Positions 14,405 to 21,009 are shown, counted from the first letter of the stretch. The stretch is DNA of 32,000 nucleotides from Propionibacteriaceae bacterium (GCA_031256725.1 JAIRQE010000021.1:60001-92000), one strand, 5' to 3'. A program made the numbers and translations. Notes: generated from the sequence alone by a model not told the origin.

Positions 14405-14764
14405 TCACATCAGTGATATCAAGCCAGTATAGGCGCCGATAAAGAAGAAGAGAACGAATACGATGATGATGACTGGGATCGCCACAGCAATGGCTGCCAG
14501 GATGACACCAACCACCCCGATTCGATTCTTCGCCCTACTGAGGCAGATAGCGCCAATGATCAACCCTGCGATGGGACCCACCATGGTGATGAGAAGAACC
14601 ACGCCAGTTATGTACACGCCCATCCATGTGACGATGTATCCCACGAGTACCGGAAGAAAAACCAGTCCAAGGGCCAGCAGTGGAAGCCCGACCCCTTGAA
14701 GTTTAGGGACCAACTGGGTGGGAGTATCATCGGAGATCTCGGTCGGCTCTTGAATAACGCTCAT
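14405..14764 (-). CDS. small integral membrane protein (119 aa, 3-4 TM), unknown family
   Basis: Open frame with strongly hydrophobic helices. No convincing Shine-Dalgarno, so the start is uncertain. Confidence 0.55.
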   Translation of the reverse strand: MSVIQEPTEISDDTPTQLVPKLQGVGLPLLALGLVFLPVLVGYIVTWMGVYITGVVLLITMVGPIAGLIIGAICLSRAKNRIGVVGVILAAIAVAIPVIIIVFVLFFFIGAYTGLISLM

Positions 14765-15220
14765 ACCTTCAAGGATACGGAGAAAACTAAGGAGTACAAC
14801 CCCCTGGTCATTCTGGGTATAGACATGGGCCTTGGGGTGTTCCTCAACCCAGAGGGAAACCTCTACCCGCCTTCGATATTAAGCGACCGTGTACAAGTAC
14901 GGCATAGAAAATCGCACCAGAAACACTGTATCCGGCTGAAAACCTCGACTCTAGTTCCCCATGAACCTGAAAGAAGGAACTAATGGAGTGGAATTCCGAG
15001 AGGGTGCATCGATTTAGGGACGTACTTCGTGATTCCTCAAGAGTCGTCGGCTCCAGAAGGATTGCTTCTGTGGTATTCAAAGGATCTTGTAGTTGGTGAA
15101 CAGGGATACATAGCATGAGTGAGATTAAAATAATCAAAGATGTCTTGACGTCCTAATTATTAGGATATTTCGTTATCAAAAGAAGAATCCTCGTGGGTGC
15201 TTCACCCCATCCCCGCTTTC

Positions 15221-15242
15221 AGCGGCGAGACAGCGGCGAGAC
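15221..15242. repeat. tandem 11-bp duplication (AGCGGCGAGAC x2) covering the 3' end of tRNA-Ser
   Basis: Exact adjacent copies at 15221-15231 and 15232-15242. The second copy is part of the tRNA acceptor and T stem. Confidence 0.9.
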
Positions 15243-15318
15243 AGGGATTCGAACCCTGGAGGCTGTTACACCTGGCCGCTTTCAAGGCGGCTGCACTAGA
15301 CCACTATGCGATCTCGCC
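15234..15318 (-). tRNA. tRNA-Ser (anticodon UGA)
   Basis: Hand-folded cloverleaf:
- acceptor GGCGAGA/TCTCGCC
- D arm GCAT-AGTGGTCTA-GTGC
- anticodon stem GCCGC/GCGGC with loop CTTGAAA
- 16-nt long variable arm
- T arm CAGGG-TTCGAAT-CCCTG
- discriminator G; no encoded CCA. Confidence 0.9.
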
Positions 15319-15366
15319 AACGGGTATCAATCATACCTTGTCGCCGGTGTGAGTGAGCAACATGGG

Positions 15367-16236
15367 TCATGGAAGTCGTACTGCTTCCCCTTCGCGTACT
15401 GCCAAACCATCCACGATCAACCCATCCAAGGCTCGCTCCATCTGGGATCTGGGGGATTGAAGGGCAAGGAGGGCAGCCACGGGTACCCTCTCTCCCTCTG
15501 CTTCTCTTAGAACAGCCATGACTTTTCCTCGGGCCTGGCGGTCGGTACCCTTCCACCCTTGGGTACGGCGCTGCCCAGCATAGAGATCACCAGGGTACCC
15601 AGCCTCACGCCAGGAGCATAACTCCTTGACAGGGCAGGGTTCGCAGGTGTGTTCTCGGGCTTGGCAGAGGATAGCACCCAACTCCATGGTTGACTGATTC
15701 CACAACACAGATTCCGCGATATCCTGGGGTACAAGCCGCGCAGCCATCTCCCGTTCAGCCGTCGTCAAATGGGGTACGGGCAGGGCTTCGCCACTGTGGG
15801 CGCGTGCCAGAACCCGACGAATGTTTGTATCGAGTACCACCGTTCGACGCCCATAGGCAAAGGCGGCCACAGCAGCCGCAGTGTACTCTCCAATCCCAGG
15901 AAGCCCGCGCAAAACCTGATCTTCACTAGGTACTTTACTGCCGTGGGAATCGGTGATGATCTTCGCACATTCTTGGAGTCTGAGGGCGCGTCGTGGGTAA
16001 CCCAGGGTTCCCCAAGCGCGGATGACCTCAGCAACGGGAGCCTCGGCGAGGTCCACTGGTTCCGGCCAGGTGGTCATCCACGATTCCCAGTACGGAATCA
16101 CTCGCGCGGCTGGTGTTTGTTGAAGCATGATCTCAGAGACGAGTACCCCCCAGGCTGAGACCTTCGGATCTCGCCATGGCAGTGGCCGCGCATGAGCAAG
16201 ATACCACCGCCCCAGGGGTACAACTAAAGGATTCAT
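15367..16236 (-). CDS. mutY: A/G-specific adenine DNA glycosylase
   Basis: LPWR...WGVLVSEIMLQQT HhH-GPD N-terminus and Fe-S loop C-x6-C-x2-C-x5-C (CQAREHTCEPCPVKELC). The longest ORF extends to 16293; I prefer the ATG at 16236 (MNPLVVPLGRWY). Confidence 0.88.
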   Translation of the reverse strand: MNPLVVPLGRWYLAHARPLPWRDPKVSAWGVLVSEIMLQQTPAARVIPYWESWMTTWPEPVDLAEAPVAEVIRAWGTLGYPRRALRLQECAKIITDSHGSKVPSEDQVLRGLPGIGEYTAAAVAAFAYGRRTVVLDTNIRRVLARAHSGEALPVPHLTTAEREMAARLVPQDIAESVLWNQSTMELGAILCQAREHTCEPCPVKELCSWREAGYPGDLYAGQRRTQGWKGTDRQARGKVMAVLREAEGERVPVAALLALQSPRSQMERALDGLIVDGLAVREGEAVRLP

Positions 16237-16353
16237 GTACCAATGATAAAGGGATCTACTTGTGCAAAATCTAACTGAATCAGGAAACCTCACCTAACTA
16301 CGCAGAGTCACGAAGGCATGCACTGTCGAGACGATGTCCAAAACCGAGGTATG

Positions 16354-17238
16354 TCAGAATTCGGTTTGCTCAGAAGGGTCCCCAACCAATCTATCCATCA
16401 ACCGCTGGATTCTTTCGTCAACTCCACCGTCGGGGTCTAGGGCAGCGACGATGGCGCCGAAGGTATGAATGGCAGTGAGAGCAAATCCAAGGTCTTGGTC
16501 TTCCTGGGTTGGTTCGCCTTCTCCGCTGCGTGTACGGCGTACCACTCCTGCCGCGAGATCCTGGGACTGGGCCAGCAGGGGTACCAATGCCCCCCGGGCC
16601 TGTGGGTGGCGGATTCCGTAGAGGTAGAGTTCCAACCCCAGGAGGGTGTTGGCCGTGTGCTCGGGTGAGTCGACGCAGGAGGTGAAGGCCTCGGACACGG
16701 TCAGATCCTGGATTTGGGTACGGGCCTCATCATTAGCTAGGGCCTCGCGAGCGAGGGCCAAGAGCAGGGCCTCCTTGGAGTCGAAGTTCGCATAGAGGGC
16801 GCCTTTGGTATATCCAGCGGCTGTGGCGACATCACCTACTGAGGCACCTTCGTACCCTTTTTCGGCGAAGACTCTTGCGGCGGCAGCAAGCAACTCCGAG
16901 CGGGTACGCTCGGCTTTGGAACTGTTACCTTTGAGCCTGGCGCTTGCTGCTTGTACTGCTTCATTGATGTCTTTGGTTGCTTGGCGTAACTCTTCGGCGA
17001 TTTCTCGGGTCACTTGGCTGGTGGTACTTGTGACTGCGGCAACCTCGCGGTGGGTCTGGGTGGTGGCGTCAGTGACCTTGCGGCGAAGTACGCGGTTGAG
17101 CTCGGCTGTGGCTTCCCGGACCGCCCGTGATGCGGATCGGAGGTCTTTGTCCGCTGATGCGGCGCCAGCGACCAGACGGGTACGCAATTCCTCGGCTGTG
17201 GCGGAAACCTCACTCATCGGATCTGTGTTACCTGACAT
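16354..17238 (-). CDS. TetR/AcrR family transcriptional regulator with an about 105-aa N-terminal helical extension
   Basis: HTH region RSELLAAAARVFAEKGYEGASVGDVATAAGYTKGALYANF begins near aa 110. The gene is divergent from the ABC operon, with palindromic operators between them. Confidence 0.85.
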   Translation of the reverse strand: MSGNTDPMSEVSATAEELRTRLVAGAASADKDLRSASRAVREATAELNRVLRRKVTDATTQTHREVAAVTSTTSQVTREIAEELRQATKDINEAVQAASARLKGNSSKAERTRSELLAAAARVFAEKGYEGASVGDVATAAGYTKGALYANFDSKEALLLALAREALANDEARTQIQDLTVSEAFTSCVDSPEHTANTLLGLELYLYGIRHPQARGALVPLLAQSQDLAAGVVRRTRSGEGEPTQEDQDLGFALTAIHTFGAIVAALDPDGGVDERIQRLMDRLVGDPSEQTEF

Positions 17239-17273
17239 GAAGACAGACTACAGGTGATGCCAATCCACTTGCA

Positions 17274-17319
17274 ATACCGACCGGTATGTACTAGTCTCTC
17301 AAAATATACTGACCGGTAT
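17274..17319. promoter_or_regulatory. two 14-bp palindromic operator candidates, ATACCGACCGGTAT and ATACTGACCGGTAT
   Basis: Sites at 17274-17287 (perfect ATACCG-AC-CGGTAT) and 17306-17319 (one mismatch), in the 79-98-bp TetR/ABC divergent region. Confidence 0.6.
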
Positions 17320-17335
17320 GGATTGGAGAATGGAC

Positions 17336-18094
17336 ATGGACGAAATCCTCAGAATCGAAGGATTAAGCAAGTGTTATCGAAGTGGCAAAAAGGCCGTACA
17401 CGCCAACGATCACGTCACCCTGCAGATCAAGGCGGGCCAAGTCGTCGGCCTACTTGGACATAATGGGGCTGGAAAAACGACCCTCGTCAACCAAGTCGTG
17501 GGTCTCGCAAAACCAGATTCAGGGCAAATCACCCTCGCCGGAATCAATGCCATCACCCATCCCCACCAGGCTCGACGCTTGGCGTCCGTACAAGCCCAGG
17601 CGAACGTACCAATCACTGGGCTTACTCCTCGTCGCGCCATAGAGTTGGTGGCACAGATTCGCGGAGCCTCCCGTACCCAAGCTCGCAAAGACACCGCCCA
17701 CCTGATCGAAGCCCTCGACCTGGGACCCTGGGAAAAGGTTGCAGCCGAGAAGGTCTCCGGCGGTGTAGCCCGGCTCACTGCCTTCGCCATGGCAACAGTG
17801 GTACCAGGTCGGCTCGTCGTCTTGGATGAACCCACCAATGACGTTGACCCCGTACGCCGCAGGTTGCTTTGGGAGGAGATCCGCCGGGTTGCTGACGCGG
17901 GATCCGGAGTGTTGCTTGTCACCCATAACGTACGCGAAGCCGAGTCCGTTGTTGACCGCGTCACGATCCTCCACCATGGACGGGTACTCGTGGATTCCAC
18001 TCCCAGTGAGCTCACGAGTACCCACGAGACCCTTGAAGACGTGTACATCACCCTCGTCGGAACAGATACCACAGAATTGGAGTACGCATCATGA
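17336..18094 (+). CDS. ABC transporter ATP-binding protein (ABC-2/DrrA-like)
   Basis: Walker A GHNGAGKTT, signature VSGGVARL, Walker B LVVLDEPT. The ATG at 17336 has GGAGA 7 nt upstream. The 17318 ATG lies inside the second operator. Confidence 0.9.
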   Translation: MDEILRIEGLSKCYRSGKKAVHANDHVTLQIKAGQVVGLLGHNGAGKTTLVNQVVGLAKPDSGQITLAGINAITHPHQARRLASVQAQANVPITGLTPRRAIELVAQIRGASRTQARKDTAHLIEALDLGPWEKVAAEKVSGGVARLTAFAMATVVPGRLVVLDEPTNDVDPVRRRLLWEEIRRVADAGSGVLLVTHNVREAESVVDRVTILHHGRVLVDSTPSELTSTHETLEDVYITLVGTDTTELEYAS

Positions 18095-18198
18095 GTACAA
18101 CATCGCATCCCATCGTAGATCACCCATCCACCGACTTACTCGAAGACGTGTACACCCTCGTCGGATCTGACATCATAGAAATGGAGAATGTTTCATGA
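18091..18198 (+). CDS. 35-codon relay ORF created by duplication of the ATPase/permease junction (MSTTSHPIVDHPSTDLLEDVYTLVGSDIIEMENVS)
   Basis: Its ATG overlaps the ATPase stop (ATGA), and its TGA overlaps the permease ATG (ATGA). Its C-terminal half repeats the ATPase C-terminus LEDVYITLVGTD. Confidence 0.35.
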   Translation: MSTTSHPIVDHPSTDLLEDVYTLVGSDIIEMENVS

Positions 18199-18986
18199 GC
18201 ACCATTGCCCCCCACAGGACTACGGATCTTCTTAGTACCACCTTCTCGGCAGTCTCGGTCCTTCGCCAACTGCCACTCATCATTCAATGGCAGTTCCTCC
18301 GCATGTCTGGGCATATTGCCCTGCTTGTCATCATTCAGATCCTCCTCTCGGTCACCACTGTGCTTGGGTACGGCCTGCTGGTTGGTATCCCCTCCCCAGA
18401 GCAGGCGCTTTATCTGGCAACCGGTGCATCCACGGTCACCCTGATCATGGTTGGTTTAGTGATGACGCCTCAAATGGTGACGACCTCTCGTACCGAGGGA
18501 TCACTTGACTGGATACGTACCCTGCCTGTCCCCAGAACCATCTTCCTCATCGCAGACCTCACCATCTGGACCTTCATCGCTCTGCCTGGTACAGCCCTGG
18601 GAGTGATCGCCGGAGCATGGAAGTTCGACATCGACCTGTCACTGTCACCCTGGCTTCCCCTGGCCGCCATCGCAGTCTCCCTCACCTCCTCCTGTGTAGG
18701 CTATGCGATCGCCTGCCTGTGTTCACCTCAGATAGCGCAACTCATGTCACAGGTACTGATCTTCGTTCTTCTCTTCTTCTCCCCAGTGAGTTATCCGGCT
18801 TCCCGTCTTCCCACCTGGCTAGCAGAGGTACACCAGTGGCTCCCCATCGAGCCCATGGCCGACGCCATGAGAGCTTCCTTAGTCAGCGATGTCTTCACAG
18901 TCTCAACCCGCTCCGTTGTTGTGCTGAGTGTATGGCTGGTCGCCTCAATCACCGGAGTCAGCTGGGCCCTAAGTAGGCGAATATAG
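18195..18986 (+). CDS. ABC-2 type transporter permease
   Basis: 263 aa with about 6 TM helices, immediately downstream of the ATPase. This is typical ABC-2 organisation. Confidence 0.85.
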   Translation: MSTIAPHRTTDLLSTTFSAVSVLRQLPLIIQWQFLRMSGHIALLVIIQILLSVTTVLGYGLLVGIPSPEQALYLATGASTVTLIMVGLVMTPQMVTTSRTEGSLDWIRTLPVPRTIFLIADLTIWTFIALPGTALGVIAGAWKFDIDLSLSPWLPLAAIAVSLTSSCVGYAIACLCSPQIAQLMSQVLIFVLLFFSPVSYPASRLPTWLAEVHQWLPIEPMADAMRASLVSDVFTVSTRSVVVLSVWLVASITGVSWALSRRI

Positions 18987-19015
18987 CCTTTATGGGACAG
19001 AGGAAGAGTAGGAAT

Positions 19016-19032
19016 TATAGCTCGCAGCTATA
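19016..19032 (+). terminator. weak hairpin TATAGCT-CGC-AGCTATA after the ABC operon
   Basis: 7-bp perfect inverted repeat 30 nt after the permease stop, followed by TTGATTT. The stem is AT-rich, so this is a weak call. Confidence 0.3.
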
Positions 19033-19061
19033 TTGATTTAGGGTCTTGGTGGGAATATAAT
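19033..19061 (+). promoter_or_regulatory. sigma-70/SigA-like promoter TTGATT-17 nt-TATAAT for the AT-rich cassette
   Basis: -35 box at 19033-19038, exactly 17-nt spacer, consensus -10 box at 19056-19061. It lies about 100 nt upstream of the AAGGAG Shine-Dalgarno (19157-19162) and the ATG at 19169. Confidence 0.6.
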
Positions 19062-19096
19062 GGTCTAGCAACCACGGTTCTTCGCACGTAGCGTAG

Positions 19097-19140
19097 ATGT
19101 CGATATGATTCCAGCAGGTAGAATGTAGTACTATCGACAT
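19097..19140 (+). promoter_or_regulatory. 5'-UTR stem-loop (ATGTCGATA ... TATCGACAT)
   Basis: 9-bp perfect inverted repeat at 19097-19105 / 19132-19140 with a 26-nt loop, between the predicted promoter and the Shine-Dalgarno. Confidence 0.4.
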
Positions 19141-19168
19141 TGGTTCGAAAGTTGAAAAGGAGTTATGA

Positions 19169-19825
19169 ATGCCTACTGGTACGCAAAGTTCTCTACTACG
19201 CCAGGCAATCACGACAATAAAGAATGCAACCGATAATCAATTAGATAGCTTTGAGGAAGCGGCGGAATTGGCTTCGCAATCAAATTTTGTGAATGAAATT
19301 GCCAAGAAAACTGACCTCCCTGATGACGAAGTGAAGGCTCTAGTCAATGCTGTCTTATCGTTCCTGTTTGCTGCATATCAAAACTCAATTCAAAAAGATG
19401 ACCGCCCAAAACGATTCATCGAGCCTCTGGTGGATGAATTTCCTGACTATTGTAATGAAGAGCTTCTTGGCAGAATTGCTAAGATCTTGGCAATCAGGCC
19501 TCTCGCTATACGGGCGAAGAGGAACTTTCTTTCGCGCGCACATAACACCAAACTCTTGTCATGTGCCATCGTGACAGATCAGCGCCCAGTTTTTGGCGAT
19601 GATCCTGAAGTTGGAGATCACGGTGTGATAATTTACGAAAATCTCAATTTCACATATCTTGAGGCCGGTAGGGATGTTCGAACGCTGTCACTGGCGTGTA
19701 GTATCGATGACCTAAAATCTCTGGAACAGCAGATTGAGCGGGCACGCAAAAAATGGGAAGCGCTGGCGAAGACTCTCAAAGACAGTGGGCGAACAGTTCT
19801 AAACGAAATAGAAGAGATTCAGTAG
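19169..19825 (+). CDS. hypothetical soluble protein (218 aa), cassette gene A
   Basis: AAGGAG 6 nt upstream of the ATG. No TM segments. Helical N-terminus and coiled-coil-like C-terminus (LKSLEQQIERARKKWEALAKTLK). I recognise no family. Confidence 0.7.
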   Translation: MPTGTQSSLLRQAITTIKNATDNQLDSFEEAAELASQSNFVNEIAKKTDLPDDEVKALVNAVLSFLFAAYQNSIQKDDRPKRFIEPLVDEFPDYCNEELLGRIAKILAIRPLAIRAKRNFLSRAHNTKLLSCAIVTDQRPVFGDDPEVGDHGVIIYENLNFTYLEAGRDVRTLSLACSIDDLKSLEQQIERARKKWEALAKTLKDSGRTVLNEIEEIQ

Positions 19826-20466
19826 TGAATGATCAACTGGCAACGTCTATGCCGCACAAAGACTATGTATCGTCAACTTACCTCAGTGTAAGAGATAGCA
19901 GTAGCCTCAGTGTAAGAGATGACAGCAATAGCTTCGATAGTATGTGGGATTATGCAGCGAAAAAGGGTGCTCATCCGCCTTCGTTTCCGAACAGCCAAGT
20001 TTCACATGGCGGGGTAACCCGCCCGTCATCACGAAATGACATCTGGACCTGTATTCAATCCACAGAAGTATCCTTGTGGACCTTTGAATTCACTAGAGAT
20101 ACTAGAGATAATAGTTTGCTCTTCCGTGGACCGATGCCTTTTGTTTTTCCGCAAGCAATCCAATTGTTTGTGTCTGCTTCTGGTGAAAGGGCGTCATATT
20201 CACGTGATGGTTCGGCGAGACCTGTACTATCCGCTATTACACAAAAAACAAAAGAGCTTTTTCGGATTCACAGAACCTTGTGGCTCGTGCTTGTAGTGTG
20301 GGCTTCAATTGGTTGGCTTCTGTTAGGGCTTTCGATTGCTTCGGTAGTGCCATGGCTGACGGTTCCACTTTATGGGGCAGTGGTCATCTTGGTCGCGTCT
20401 GTTGTTGTGGGGGCTTACTTATGGCGGTCTGGAAACAATTTCATTCGGGGTGGTCGTGACACCTGA
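19825..20466 (+). CDS. hypothetical membrane protein (about 213 aa; Ser-rich repeat N-terminus, two C-terminal TM helices), cassette gene B
   Basis: GTG at 19825 overlaps the gene A stop by 1 nt (TAGTG); an alternative ATG is at 19849. TM segments: LWLVLVVWASIGWLLLGLSI and LTVPLYGAVVILVASVVVGAYLW. The 19753 start would overlap gene A by 73 nt. Confidence 0.6.
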   Translation: MNDQLATSMPHKDYVSSTYLSVRDSSSLSVRDDSNSFDSMWDYAAKKGAHPPSFPNSQVSHGGVTRPSSRNDIWTCIQSTEVSLWTFEFTRDTRDNSLLFRGPMPFVFPQAIQLFVSASGERASYSRDGSARPVLSAITQKTKELFRIHRTLWLVLVVWASIGWLLLGLSIASVVPWLTVPLYGAVVILVASVVVGAYLWRSGNNFIRGGRDT

Positions 20467-20800
20467 GGGGAAAAATAGAAAATCTAAAAAAAAGAAAAAT
20501 AAAAACAAGACATCTGAAAATGGAGTTGCTGTACCAAATGGTCAAGCATTAGTAAGGATGTTTGGTGACAAACATGTAAATAAAAGTTTTGTTCGCAGGC
20601 TTGTAAAAGCTTTTGAGACAGAACCTCACATTCTAGTCATGCTAATATTTGGTGGTGCGCTAGTTTTCTCTATTTACCGAGGCGAGATGATCAGCATGAT
20701 AGCCATGGGGGTCTTTCTTGTCGCAACGCAGCTAGTCACGAAGCTTTTTGATAAGGATCATAAGGTTCAAAAAGATCTTAAAAAGCTAACAGAATACTGA
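20450..20800 (+). CDS. small membrane protein (80-116 aa; Lys-rich N-terminus, 2 TM, charged C-tail), cassette gene C
   Basis: GTG starts at 20450 or 20456 overlap the end of gene B; an alternative ATG is at 20558. TM segments: ILVMLIFGGALVFSIY and ISMIAMGVFLVATQLV. C-tail: KLFDKDHKVQKDLKKLTEY. Confidence 0.55.
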   Translation: MVVTPEGKNRKSKKKKNKNKTSENGVAVPNGQALVRMFGDKHVNKSFVRRLVKAFETEPHILVMLIFGGALVFSIYRGEMISMIAMGVFLVATQLVTKLFDKDHKVQKDLKKLTEY

Positions 20801-20903
20801 TATGCGTCGATTAGTCCTGCTGAGCCACTCAGCCATAGAAACCTAGTCTCCGCCTAAAACTCACAGAACTTCTCAGCATCAAGTGGTTCTTCTAACTCCG
20901 CTC

Positions 20904-21009
20904 GGGATTGGGAAGTTGTACCCCAATTCTGGTGCTGATCTGCGTACCAAAAGTTCACAACTTGAGAAGAGCCATGGTCCAAGATCCAGGGATTGAGAAG
21001 TTGTACCCA
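20904..21009 (+). repeat. two 21-bp direct repeats (GGGATTGRGAAGTTGTACCC) flanking the palindrome AAGTTCACAACTT
   Basis: Repeats at 20904-20924 and 20989-21009 (19/21 identical); palindrome at 20951-20963. All lie upstream of nfeD. Confidence 0.7.

Noticed and set aside
14844-15510. ORFs 14844..15137(-) 97 aa and 15193..15510(+) 105 aa.
   Set aside because: The first has no Shine-Dalgarno and an implausible composition. The second runs through the tRNA-Ser gene and antisense into mutY.
17410-18123. 237-aa and 168-aa antisense ORFs opposite the ABC ATPase gene.
   Set aside because: They are shadow frames of a gene with clear Walker A/B and signature motifs.
19165-19236. Alternative ATG at 19165 giving a 23-codon ORF upstream of and overlapping cassette gene A.
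   Set aside because: It sits only 2 nt from the AAGGAG Shine-Dalgarno, which is too close. The ATG at 19169 has ideal 6-nt spacing and opens the 218-aa frame.
19520-19543. RNFLSRAH in cassette protein A resembles the HEPN RNase Rx4-6H motif.
   Set aside because: It is a single short string at the outer limit of allowed spacing (x6), with no supporting domain evidence. I mention it only as something to look at in a structure model.
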